A DNA stretch of 32,000 bases from Candidatus Kuenenia stuttgartensis (GTDB lineage Bacteria; Planctomycetota; Brocadiia; Brocadiales; Brocadiaceae), in NCBI RefSeq assembly GCF_900232105.1, contig NZ_LT934425.1, forward strand, positions 2,370,001-2,402,000, read 5' to 3'. How positions within the stretch are numbered: position 1 is the stretch's first letter; each line of letters starts with the position of its first letter. A model generated the notes under the pieces. That model was not told the DNA's origin and ran no database searches. It worked only from the letters and a program-made list of their open reading frames with translations. The position numbers and the translations under genes were made by a program. Of the stretch, positions 23,649-32,000 are shown in pieces.

Positions 23649-25718
23649 GTGGTTAGCCTTCAAGAGATTATTCAACTAGCTCAAAACATCCGCCTGGACA
23701 ATCAGCCGGGAGACTGGAAGACGGTCAGCAAAAAACATTTGATCAACATTTTGAACTATATTCACTTCCAGTCCGGCACCATCCTTATAAATTTCAAGCA
23801 TTTGAAATACAACAATATCATATCCCTTCAAGCCAGGCCGAAACCATGCCTTGACGATAGTTTCGACTGCATTTGGCTTCGACCAAAAGGACTGAAGCTA
23901 AATGCCTATGAATTCCTCGATATTTTTCTTACTGAGGGAGAAAAACTTATTCGTATTAAAACTGATGTGATGGCTATACGCGAGGAAGGAATACGTTTCT
24001 CTCTCCCTGATACCTGCTATGAACTCGGACATCAGCGGGTAAAAAGGTATTCATGTGAAGGCGTTCAGGTTGATTTCATTCAAAACGGTACAGTTTTTTC
24101 CGGACGTCTTTTGGATTTTGGCGCTGTTTCATTCTGCGTAGAAGTATCAACAGTACCGCCTCAATCCTTCTATTGGGTAAATCCTGAATGCCCCGTCTAT
24201 ATAGTTTTTAAAGACGAACAGGATACTTTTTATTCAGGGTCATGCAGAATCACCAGACAAACCGATGGTCAGAAAACGAGGTCATTCATACTAGAATCCA
24301 TTGACAAACAGATGCGCAGGTTTAAACCTAAAAAATACCGTAGTTCAAGGCACAAACTGATACCTTCGCCCAATATCATTTTCCTGCATCCCTTAACCAG
24401 TAAGATGATCAATCTGGAGGTTGAAGACCTGGCAGGTTCGGGTTTATCTGTGAAGGAGTATTACTACAATTCCATACTTCTGCCGGGTATAATCGTGCCT
24501 GAACTTTTTATAGAATTTGCAGATGGTTTTAAGCTCAAGTGCAAGGCACAGGTTGTTTACAGGAATACAGCCAGAACCAAAGACAGCACAATGTTTGTAA
24601 GGTGTGGTATTGCTTTTCTGGATATGGATATTCATGACCAGGGAAGGCTTTCAGGCATTCTGCATCATGTAGCGAACAAAAAAACCTACGCCTGCAACTG
24701 GGTGGACCTGGATGCCCTGTGGAAGTTCTTTTTTGAGACGGGTTTTGTATATCCAGGGAAATATGCCCTTATGCATAACAATAAGGAACGGTTTAAAGAG
24801 ACGTATGAGAAGCTGTACATAAAAAATCCCGGTATAGCAAGGCATTTCATTTATCAGAGTAATGGGATAATTCATGGACATATATCTATACTCCGTTTTT
24901 ATGAGAATACGTGGTTGCTTCACCACCATGCCGCGAGCAGGTCAAGTGACAGCATGGCGGGTCTTGTTGTGTTGGGCCAGGTTGAGCGGTATATAAACGA
25001 TTTCCACCGCCTCTATTCAACACACATGAACTATGTTATTTGCTACTTCAGGCCAGACAACCGTTTTCCTCATAGGGTATTTGGTGGAGTTACGGAATCG
25101 ATACATGACCCTAAAGGGTCTTCCATCGATCCTTTTGCCTATTTTCATCATCATAAAAATGCAAATCAAGTAGAAATGTCAGCTTTGTGGTCGCTTACGA
25201 AAGTGCAACCGGAAGACCTTACGGAGCTTGAAAGCTTTTATGAATATACGTCCGGAGGTCTTATGATACACGCCCTGGATTTGGAGCAAAGTATGCTTGA
25301 TAGTGACGAACTCAGCAGAGAATATCAACGGCTTGGTTTTAAGAGGGAACGGAGACTCTTCTCTCTGAAGAAAGAGGGTATCCTTAAGGCTTTTATCATG
25401 TTAAACATCTCTGACACAGGGCTGAACATGTCAGACCTGACCAATTGCATTCATATTATAGTGCTGGAGTCTGAAGATGTTCCCCGCGATGCCCTTTATT
25501 CCTGCCTGTATAAGCTATCAAACTACTATGAGCAGGAAAAAATCCCGATACTCCTTTACCCTGTCAGCTATGCTGAAGAGCAGTCAATACCTTATGATAA
25601 GGTGTATAATTTGTGGATACTGAATATGCAGTATACGGATCAGTACTTTGAGTTCATGGAGGGTTTATTTAGTCGTGTTCAAAAGGATAGATTTAAGAAT
25701 AGCGCAAATTTTGGGTAA
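23649..25718 (+). CDS. Large PilZ-like domain protein with an uncharacterised C-terminal half of about 330 aa
   Basis: 689-aa ORF with a GTG start preceded by GAGGTG. There are two PilZ-like beta-barrel segments. The first is HQRVKRYSCEGVQVDF...GRLLDFGAVSFCVEV. The second is KKYRSSRHKLIP...INLEVEDLAGSGLSVKE...CKAQVVYRN...RCGIAFLDMD. The RxxxR and DxSxxG motifs are only approximated. I do not recognise the C-terminal half. Confidence 0.6.
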   Translation: MVSLQEIIQLAQNIRLDNQPGDWKTVSKKHLINILNYIHFQSGTILINFKHLKYNNIISLQARPKPCLDDSFDCIWLRPKGLKLNAYEFLDIFLTEGEKLIRIKTDVMAIREEGIRFSLPDTCYELGHQRVKRYSCEGVQVDFIQNGTVFSGRLLDFGAVSFCVEVSTVPPQSFYWVNPECPVYIVFKDEQDTFYSGSCRITRQTDGQKTRSFILESIDKQMRRFKPKKYRSSRHKLIPSPNIIFLHPLTSKMINLEVEDLAGSGLSVKEYYYNSILLPGIIVPELFIEFADGFKLKCKAQVVYRNTARTKDSTMFVRCGIAFLDMDIHDQGRLSGILHHVANKKTYACNWVDLDALWKFFFETGFVYPGKYALMHNNKERFKETYEKLYIKNPGIARHFIYQSNGIIHGHISILRFYENTWLLHHHAASRSSDSMAGLVVLGQVERYINDFHRLYSTHMNYVICYFRPDNRFPHRVFGGVTESIHDPKGSSIDPFAYFHHHKNANQVEMSALWSLTKVQPEDLTELESFYEYTSGGLMIHALDLEQSMLDSDELSREYQRLGFKRERRLFSLKKEGILKAFIMLNISDTGLNMSDLTNCIHIIVLESEDVPRDALYSCLYKLSNYYEQEKIPILLYPVSYAEEQSIPYDKVYNLWILNMQYTDQYFEFMEGLFSRVQKDRFKNSANFG

Positions 25719-25901
25719 ATCCCTTTTTTGATAATTTATTTAAAAACTTTGATTATAACTCGGGATGAATGCAAATCGCTTCATTAAACAAGGTTGTAGG
25801 TAGCGCACATTTTTTCTTTTGATATTCCTGATAAACGTAAAAACGCAATTTTCACTCCACTTCTATTTACGCAAAGCATACTGTCTGCAATCTAAATATC
25901 T

Positions 25902-27821
25902 ATGAAAACGCCAAAGATAGACAATAGGCCTTTATATAACAGCCGTATAATAGATACTTATATTAAGCTTATTAAAAGAAACTATAGTTATATAAATGTA
26001 GGTGAACTTTTAAACTATGCCGGAATGGAATCTTACCAGGTTACTGACGAAGGTCACTGGTTTACCCAGGAGCAGGTAGACCTCTTTTACGAAAGGCTGG
26101 TAAAACTAACGGGAAATAAAAATATTGCCCGTGAAGCAGGCAGGTATGCGGCATCACCGGAAGCTATAGGAATAATGAGACAGTATGTCCTTGGCCTTGT
26201 TGGTCCGGCAAAAGCCTATGAGATAGCAGGGAAGTACGCTCATAATTTCACTAAATCGGCAATCTATAAATCAACAAAAAGAGGAACCAATAAAGTAGAA
26301 ATTACGGTTGTTCCGAATGAGGGTGTCAGCGAAAAACCATTCCAATGTGAAAACAGAATTGGTTTTTTTGAGGCTATTGCCATGGTATTTAATTATAGAT
26401 TGCCAGGGGTAGAACATCCAGAATGCCTTTTTAAAGGGGGAAGGGTTTGCCGTTATATAGTTTCATGGAAAGAATCACCATCATCTTTTTGGAAAAAAAT
26501 AAGAAATTACGCAATCATATTTTTTGCAGCAGCGTGCCTTAGTTCTTATTTCATGCATCCATGGATAACGCCGATAACGGTTTTTCCAATTTCCGTTTTT
26601 GCTGTTTTGTTATTAACCCTCTATGCTGGAATCATCGAAAAAAGGGAATTAAATGCAGCTATAAACAGCCTGAGAGATTCGTCCGATAAGCTTTTGGAAC
26701 AGGTTGATGTGAATTATAACAACGCCCTTATGATAAACGAAATGGGCATGGCCGTTAGCAAGCAGATGGAGATTGATGGTATTCTGTCAAACGTCATACA
26801 AGTTTTTGAGAAAAGACTTGATTATGATCGTGGTTTGATTCTTTTGGCAAATCAGGATAAAACGAGACTGGTCTTTCGCACAGGTTTCGGATATACAGAT
26901 GAATTGTTAAGCGTGCTGAAGAATACCTGTTTCCGTTTAAACAGACCCCCATCAAAAGGGGTGTTTGTCGTTTCCTTTCGTGAACAAAAACCCTTTTTGA
27001 TAAATGATATTACTGAAATAGAGACTACCCTTTCCCCGCACAGTTTGGATTTGGCTAAAAAAATGGGGACCAAGTCCTTTATCTGTTGCCCCATAGTTTA
27101 CGAGAAAAATTCGTTAGGGGTCCTCGTTGTAGATAATATAAAGACAAAAAAACCATTCCGCCAGAGTGATATAAGTTTGTTAATGGGTATTGCTTCAGAA
27201 ATCGGGATAAGCATTCATAATGCCACTCTTATCGAGGCGAAGGAACGACAATTCAAGTCCATACTCCTGGTTCTGGCCGCCAGTATCGATGCCCGCGATT
27301 CCCTGACGGCCGGACATTCTGAAAAGGTTACAGAATATGCCCTGGGCATCTGCAATGAATTAAATATGCCAAAGGATTATTGCGAAATGATCAGAGTGGC
27401 CGCGCTACTGCATGATTATGGCAAGATAGGCATCAAAGACTCTGTCTTAAAGAAAGAGGGGAAACTGGACATCGAAGAGCGTAATGAGATAGAAACGCAT
27501 ACGACAAAAACCAGGAAAATATTAGAACAGATAAACTTTGAGGGCATTTATACGGAGGTTCCCTACATTGCAGAGTGCCATCATGAAAAGATCGATGGAA
27601 GCGGCTATCCAAAAGGTATTAAGGGAGAAGATATTCCCCTGGGAGCCAAAATAATCGCGGTGGCTGACTTTTTTGAAGCTATCACATCAAAACGTCATTA
27701 CCGGGACCCGATGCCCATTGATATAGCGTTTCAGCTTTTAAAAGAGGAAGGTAAAATACATTTTGACAAAAATGTTATAGAGGCATTTATTAGTTATTAT
27801 AACAGGGGAAATAACGACTAA
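25902..27821 (+). CDS. Membrane-associated sensor protein with GAF and HD-GYP (c-di-GMP phosphodiesterase-type) domains
   Basis: 639-aa ORF. The N-terminal 190 aa end in CENRIGFFEAIAMVF...VEHPECLFKGGRVCRYIVSW, which is V4R-like (tentative). Next come two hydrophobic segments and a GAF domain (LDYDRGLILLAN...CCPIVYEKNSLGVLVVDN). The HD-GYP domain follows (GHSEKV, LLHDYGKIG, HHEKIDGSGYPKG). Confidence 0.85.
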   Translation: MKTPKIDNRPLYNSRIIDTYIKLIKRNYSYINVGELLNYAGMESYQVTDEGHWFTQEQVDLFYERLVKLTGNKNIAREAGRYAASPEAIGIMRQYVLGLVGPAKAYEIAGKYAHNFTKSAIYKSTKRGTNKVEITVVPNEGVSEKPFQCENRIGFFEAIAMVFNYRLPGVEHPECLFKGGRVCRYIVSWKESPSSFWKKIRNYAIIFFAAACLSSYFMHPWITPITVFPISVFAVLLLTLYAGIIEKRELNAAINSLRDSSDKLLEQVDVNYNNALMINEMGMAVSKQMEIDGILSNVIQVFEKRLDYDRGLILLANQDKTRLVFRTGFGYTDELLSVLKNTCFRLNRPPSKGVFVVSFREQKPFLINDITEIETTLSPHSLDLAKKMGTKSFICCPIVYEKNSLGVLVVDNIKTKKPFRQSDISLLMGIASEIGISIHNATLIEAKERQFKSILLVLAASIDARDSLTAGHSEKVTEYALGICNELNMPKDYCEMIRVAALLHDYGKIGIKDSVLKKEGKLDIEERNEIETHTTKTRKILEQINFEGIYTEVPYIAECHHEKIDGSGYPKGIKGEDIPLGAKIIAVADFFEAITSKRHYRDPMPIDIAFQLLKEEGKIHFDKNVIEAFISYYNRGNND

Positions 27822-27912
27822 AGTGAGGTGGCCGTACAGGCGTAGAAAACTATGAAAAAAAATAACACAAACAAAGAATCCAGAAACTCAGAAACCGTGC
27901 GTGATAAAGGCG

Positions 27913-28179
27913 TCACCTCGACTGATTTGTTATGTGTTGAGTTTCTACTTTAATACTTTTTTCATACAATACTTCTGGATCAATATCCAAATGATTTGCC
28001 CATTCTATCGTATCAAACTTGACAGTTACAGTGTTAAACATGGAAATATCTTTTAATTCTGCAAATTTACCTATGTTAAAATACGGTGAGACGTCAAAAA
28101 TTCTTTCTTCCTCATTTTCAAATTTAATCAAAAGCTTACACCCATCTAATGGCTTTACGCTTATTACCGACAAATACAT
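27913..28179 (-). CDS. DUF2442-family small protein
   Basis: Start moved to ATG 28179 (GGAGG 6 nt upstream). MYLSVISVKPLDGCKLLIKFENEEERIFDVSPYFNIGKFAELKDISMFNTVTVKFDTIEWANHLDIDPEVLY follows the DUF2442 pattern. Confidence 0.75.
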   Translation of the reverse strand: MYLSVISVKPLDGCKLLIKFENEEERIFDVSPYFNIGKFAELKDISMFNTVTVKFDTIEWANHLDIDPEVLYEKSIKVETQHITNQSR

Positions 28180-28190
28180 AGATTTCCTCC

Positions 28191-28460
28191 TTATTTTAAA
28201 GGTTCGATTGGGAAAGGAAGTTCGCCTTTTGATGCTAATTCCCAATCAGCTAAAAGTTCTTCCTTATGAATTTCAGCCCATGCCAAAACAAGTTTCGTTT
28301 GTTTTGGTGGCAACTTACCTTCTGATACCTCACATGCACAAATATCAATAATGGCCTTGTAGTCTTGATAATATGCGTGGACGTGCGGAGGGTTATGTTC
28401 TCTCGGAGAACAATACATCCTGATAATGATTCCGTAAAACATAGAGATAGTTGGCATCAC
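28191..28460 (-). CDS. DUF4160-family small protein
   Basis: MMPTISMFYGIIIRMYCSPREHNPPHVHAYYQDYKAIIDI matches the DUF4160 N-terminal signature (MPtis.FyGi.I.my...H.PPHfHa.Y). It lies 11 nt upstream of the DUF2442 gene. Confidence 0.75.
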   Translation of the reverse strand: MMPTISMFYGIIIRMYCSPREHNPPHVHAYYQDYKAIIDICACEVSEGKLPPKQTKLVLAWAEIHKEELLADWELASKGELPFPIEPLK

Positions 28461-28903
28461 GTCTCCATTAGTTTAGTTGTACCTACAAATTATTAATGAT
28501 CTTGTTTGATTTTCCGCTATTACAGTCTGAACAAGCAGTAACTAAATTTCCAAATTTCCAAAAAACGCAGATTAACAATTCGTGTGCAATTGCATTGTTA
28601 GCTGACTTTTGGGTGCAGAATTAGACCCTTTGCTCCATTGATTACTTTGGCGATGAACCTCGTCGCACTACAAAGACAATTTCCAGTTGTCATTAGAATT
28701 TGTTTCGTATTCCGTGCTTGTTTGGTTCTGGCTATGCCATCTTAGGTTTTAAAAGAGAAACGCCCAAAGACTCTCCTCCCTTAATCCACTCCCAAGGTGG
28801 CTCTTCTCAAATTCCCCTGCTGGGAAGGCCAGGGGTAGGTTAACGGCATAATGAAAAACCTTGTAACACTTTAGTCTTTCAAAAAACATGATTGGCTATT
28901 TAA

Positions 28904-29713
28904 CTAAGCCATAGGTTTACGTCCACGGCAACAAATTACCGGCGTGTAGGTAAATCTTCTGGGATTAGTAAAAAATTCATTAAATTCATCCAAAAACTCT
29001 CTATATCCCCCCTCATATTCTTTAAAATGGAAATTTATCTTTCCTGAGACAACTTCAAATTTTTTCATCCAGTTGAAGGCATCGGCATCCTTTAATTCCC
29101 CAAATATCAGGTGATGTGAGGCAACATCTATGTTTATATCCTGATAACCAAGATCATACAGGAAAGAATAAAGCTTTCTCCCCATGTAAGGGTCAAAATC
29201 TGCTTTTTCTTCTAAATATTTCATTATAGCGAAGAGGGTCGTTTCCAGCCTTGGAGAAAGACCAAAATGGTTTAAGCAATTATGGTCAAGATCAATCAGA
29301 CATAAAATACCCCCGGGTTTTACAATTTCGGATATATTCTTAACGATATTGAAACTATTCAAACGATAGTATTCCAGAAGAAAGCGGACCCATACAAAGT
29401 CAAACACCCCCAGGTCGTTGAGGGGTTCCGGTATATCTTTACATATAAATTCTATTCTTTTGACACCGTAACGTTCTTTAGCAAATTCAATTCTTTTTTC
29501 CGCGCCATCCACACCTATTGCCACACCATCAGGTTGAACCAATTTATGAAGTATAGAGGTTGTTTTTCCTGAACCACAGCCAATATCAGCTACACGCATT
29601 CCTGTCTCTATACCTGCCCAGAGGGCCTGTTTCTCAACAACGCTTGTATCTGTTTTTATGTCCAAACGCAAAGCCTCTTCATCATTTTCCATTAAGTATT
29701 CTTTGCCCTGCAT
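28904..29713 (-). CDS. Class I SAM-dependent methyltransferase
   Basis: 269-aa ORF with SAM-binding motif I, VADIGCGSGKTTSIL, and post-I and motif II regions (FDFVWVRFLLEY, GGILCLIDLD). AGGAG lies 9 nt upstream. The gene starts 20 nt downstream of the radical SAM gene. Confidence 0.8.
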   Translation of the reverse strand: MQGKEYLMENDEEALRLDIKTDTSVVEKQALWAGIETGMRVADIGCGSGKTTSILHKLVQPDGVAIGVDGAEKRIEFAKERYGVKRIEFICKDIPEPLNDLGVFDFVWVRFLLEYYRLNSFNIVKNISEIVKPGGILCLIDLDHNCLNHFGLSPRLETTLFAIMKYLEEKADFDPYMGRKLYSFLYDLGYQDINIDVASHHLIFGELKDADAFNWMKKFEVVSGKINFHFKEYEGGYREFLDEFNEFFTNPRRFTYTPVICCRGRKPMA

Positions 29714-29733
29714 GTATTTAAACTCCTGTGTTA

Positions 29734-31101
29734 TTAGAATTCAGAATCAGATTTAAAAACGGATGGATATTTTTGGTGATAGTGTGAATTTAGCCAGCTC
29801 TTTTTACCTGCCTTATTAGACTTGTAAATGGCGTAGAAATTTCTCATGCTCTTTAATTTAAGAAATGATTTCATAAGGCGAAACTGGAATGTAGGAAAAG
29901 AATATATTCGATTCTTGATATAATTGTTGCCTATATATACGGTATCTATCTCCACACCTTGTGGCGGATGTACCAGATAAGAGAAGCGGTATTTATCCCA
30001 ATCTTGTGGGAAGTTTTGATAAAGTAATCTGCCCTCTCCTCGCAGTTGATCCATCAACTGGGTGCCGGGGAGGGGAGTAAGCAATGTGATCTGAACAATA
30101 TCAATTCCCGATTGGACTAAAAAATCAGCTAATTTTTTATAATATAGAGAAGATTCATTATCATTGCCAATTATAAATGCCCCTAATACCCCTATTCCGT
30201 ACTTGTGAAAACGATCAACTACTTTTTTATAATTTTCCACGCCAATCTTCAGATTAATCCCTTTTTTCATGTCCTTTAGCATTCCCTGGCTGATGGTCTC
30301 AAAACCGATAAACACATACAAGCATCCGGATTGGGCTGCCAGTTCAATTACTCTCTCATCATCTGCTGCATTAATAGAGGTCTGCATCCACCACCTCTTA
30401 TGTAATTTCCGCTGGATCATGCCCTTAAACAATTCCATAGCCCGGGCTTTACTCTCCGTGGTATAACCAATCAGATTATCGTCCACAAAGGTTATATATT
30501 TTCCCTTTATCTCCTCAAGTTCATTCAGTATCTCCTGGGGCTTACGTTGGCGATATGCTTTACCAAGATGCTTAGATACCGAGCAGAAGTAACAATTAAA
30601 CGGGCATCCGCGTGAAGTCTGCACAGAATGCCAGAAATAGTCAGGGTGCAGGAGATCATGACGGGGAGTGGTTTTAAACGTGGTTAAGTCCATTTGAACG
30701 CCTACATATTTTGAGGACAGACGATTATTTTCAAAATCGTTAATCACCCTTTCCCATATACCTTCCGCCTCACCAATTAATACCGCATCAGCATACTGTA
30801 GCGCCTCGTCCGGAAGCATCGAGACGTGTATTCCCCCCATAACCACCTTTGTTTTTCGTTCACGATACATACGTGCAATTTCGTAAGCACGGCTAATCGT
30901 AGTAGTAAAGGCAGTGATAGCCACCAGGTCCGCTTCTTCAAACACAAACTTATCAAAATTTTCATCTACAATTTTAACATTCCAATTTGAGGGAGTCACT
31001 GCGGCTACATAGGCCAGACCTAATGGAGGAAAGGTGGAAAATTTACTCAGGAGATAACCACTTCTGCGACCTACTGGATTTATTAATAAAAGTTTTTTCA
31101 T
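29734..31101 (-). CDS. B12-binding-domain radical SAM protein (COG1032-type)
   Basis: 455-aa ORF. The N-terminal cobalamin-binding-like domain reads KKLLLINPV...PPLGLAYVAAV...DLVAITAFTT...VVMGGIHVS. The radical SAM cluster is SRGCPFNCYFCS. Confidence 0.85.
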   Translation of the reverse strand: MKKLLLINPVGRRSGYLLSKFSTFPPLGLAYVAAVTPSNWNVKIVDENFDKFVFEEADLVAITAFTTTISRAYEIARMYRERKTKVVMGGIHVSMLPDEALQYADAVLIGEAEGIWERVINDFENNRLSSKYVGVQMDLTTFKTTPRHDLLHPDYFWHSVQTSRGCPFNCYFCSVSKHLGKAYRQRKPQEILNELEEIKGKYITFVDDNLIGYTTESKARAMELFKGMIQRKLHKRWWMQTSINAADDERVIELAAQSGCLYVFIGFETISQGMLKDMKKGINLKIGVENYKKVVDRFHKYGIGVLGAFIIGNDNESSLYYKKLADFLVQSGIDIVQITLLTPLPGTQLMDQLRGEGRLLYQNFPQDWDKYRFSYLVHPPQGVEIDTVYIGNNYIKNRIYSFPTFQFRLMKSFLKLKSMRNFYAIYKSNKAGKKSWLNSHYHQKYPSVFKSDSEF

Positions 31102-31164
31102 GCGTTATTTGTACTCTAAATACCACTTAATTTGAATAATAATTTTATATAGACGCATTTAACA

Positions 31165-31198
31165 GGTTATTGCAGAGTATTAATACTCTGCAATAACC
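31165..31198. promoter_or_regulatory. Perfect 34-bp palindrome (36 bp with flanking A/T) in the divergent rSAM/FadL intergenic region; candidate operator
   Basis: GGTTATTGCAGAGTATT|AATACTCTGCAATAACC is exactly self-complementary. It is bracketed by TTTAACA at 31158-31164 and 31199-31205. It lies 63 nt from the rSAM ATG and about 130 nt from the FadL ATG. Confidence 0.55.
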
Positions 31199-31330
31199 TT
31201 TAACAAAAGGGCAGTTTTCGTGTTAATTTTTTTTTGATTGATAATGATATTTAGATTTGATTATATAGGCACGTTATCACACTTGAACCTTTGCATTTCA
31301 TTTCTTATCTCAAACAGGAGGATGTTTACT

Positions 31331-32000
31331 ATGAGTCGAAAAGGATTATTGAAAGGAATAGCTGTTCCTCTCTGTGTATTGTTTGTCATTTGTATCATTC
31401 CAAACGCGTATGGTTCCGGCTTCGCGATCTTTACCCAAGGGGCTACCGCACTCGGACAGGCAAATGCCGTAATTGCCAACTCTGATAGCCCGTCGGCTAT
31501 CTTTTTTAATCCTGCATTGATTAATAAACTCGACGGGACACAGATAGAAGCTGGGACGACCGTGCTTTTGCCTTCTAATGAATTTAGAAGTGATTTATCC
31601 GGAAAGACTTTTAAAACAGAAGAAGACGTGTTTTTCCCCTCCACGGTTTTTATCACCCATAAGTTCAATGATAAGGTTAGTGCCGGACTGGGCGTCTTTA
31701 ACTCTTTTGGATTGGGAATTGACTGGGGTGATGATTGGGAAGGAAGGTATATAGCTACCAATTCAGAATTACAAACCTTTAATATAAACCCCGTGGTTTC
31801 ATATCAGATAATGCCAAATATCGCATTCGCGGCAGGAGTTAACTACGTTCTGCTCGATACTACTTTAGAGAAACAGATAAATCTGTCTCCCTACGGGCTA
31901 TCCGACGCCGGACAACAATTTGACGGAGATGGTGATGGCATTGGATATAATCTTGGCTTTATCTACGACATTAACGAAGATATTTCCATCGGTACATCGT
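31331..32000 (+). CDS. Outer-membrane FadL/TodX (OMPP1) family hydrophobic-compound transporter (3' end runs off the window)
   Basis: Absent from the ORF track because there is no stop. AGGAGG lies 9 nt upstream of ATG 31331. The signal peptide is MSRKGLLKGIAVPLCVLFVICIIPNAYG. The mature protein continues SGFAIFTQGATALGQANAVIA...GLGVFNSFGLGIDW...GIGYNLGFIYD, typical of the FadL-family beta-barrel N-terminus. Confidence 0.8.
   Translation, partial: MSRKGLLKGIAVPLCVLFVICIIPNAYGSGFAIFTQGATALGQANAVIANSDSPSAIFFNPALINKLDGTQIEAGTTVLLPSNEFRSDLSGKTFKTEEDVFFPSTVFITHKFNDKVSAGLGVFNSFGLGIDWGDDWEGRYIATNSELQTFNINPVVSYQIMPNIAFAAGVNYVLLDTTLEKQINLSPYGLSDAGQQFDGDGDGIGYNLGFIYDINEDISIGTS

Noticed and set aside
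31261-31761. 166-aa minus-strand ORF
   Set aside because: It is antisense to the FadL-family CDS, which has a signal peptide, an SD and family motifs.
1-32000. Search for CRISPR arrays, tRNA/rRNA genes, reverse transcriptase/retron/DGR features and known defence-system signatures
   Set aside because: I saw no regularly spaced direct repeats, no cloverleaf-like or rRNA-like segments, and no RT, Cas, or typical nuclease/ATPase defence proteins among the ORFs.

Overview
The window looks like a chromosomal segment from a bacterium of about 40% G+C. I saw no rRNA, tRNA or CRISPR array. Shine-Dalgarno sites are used and TGA, TAA and TAG all act as stops.

Recognisable content:
- Hopanoid genes hpnH and shc, in convergent orientation.
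- A lipoprotein peptidoglycan amidase, a rhomboid protease and an HDAC-family deacetylase.
- A tight six-gene minus-strand block: rny, mnmG, a Nas/NarB-like molybdopterin oxidoreductase, a PAS histidine kinase, a REC-REC protein and a REC-PAS-GGDEF-EAL protein.
- An orphan lipoyl-domain protein followed by holB.
- A large PilZ-like protein followed by a GAF/HD-GYP protein.
- A DUF4160/DUF2442 pair.
- A B12-radical-SAM plus methyltransferase operon, divergent from a FadL/TodX-type outer-membrane channel.

The accessory part is 8.06-11.63 kb. It holds three decayed RayT/IS200-type (HUH, Y1) transposase fragments. One of them is split by a G+C-rich insertion of about 1.65 kb that carries a single 518-aa ORF of no family I can name. 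That ORF is my best candidate for something undescribed, possibly an unclassified IS or transposase.

Other structures the genes do not explain:
- A 126-bp MITE-like element with perfect 17-bp terminal inverted repeats and an 8-bp target-site duplication.
- A 34-bp perfect palindrome bracketed by 7-bp direct repeats in a divergent promoter region.
- An 18-bp hairpin at the junction of two truncated transposase fragments.
- An in-frame (GN)6 hexanucleotide repeat inside shc.
- A cNMP-binding pseudogene with three lesions within about 70 bp.

The gene content would fit a planctomycete or anammox-type organism, but I cannot verify taxonomy without a database search. All family assignments come from motif reading by eye, not from searches.
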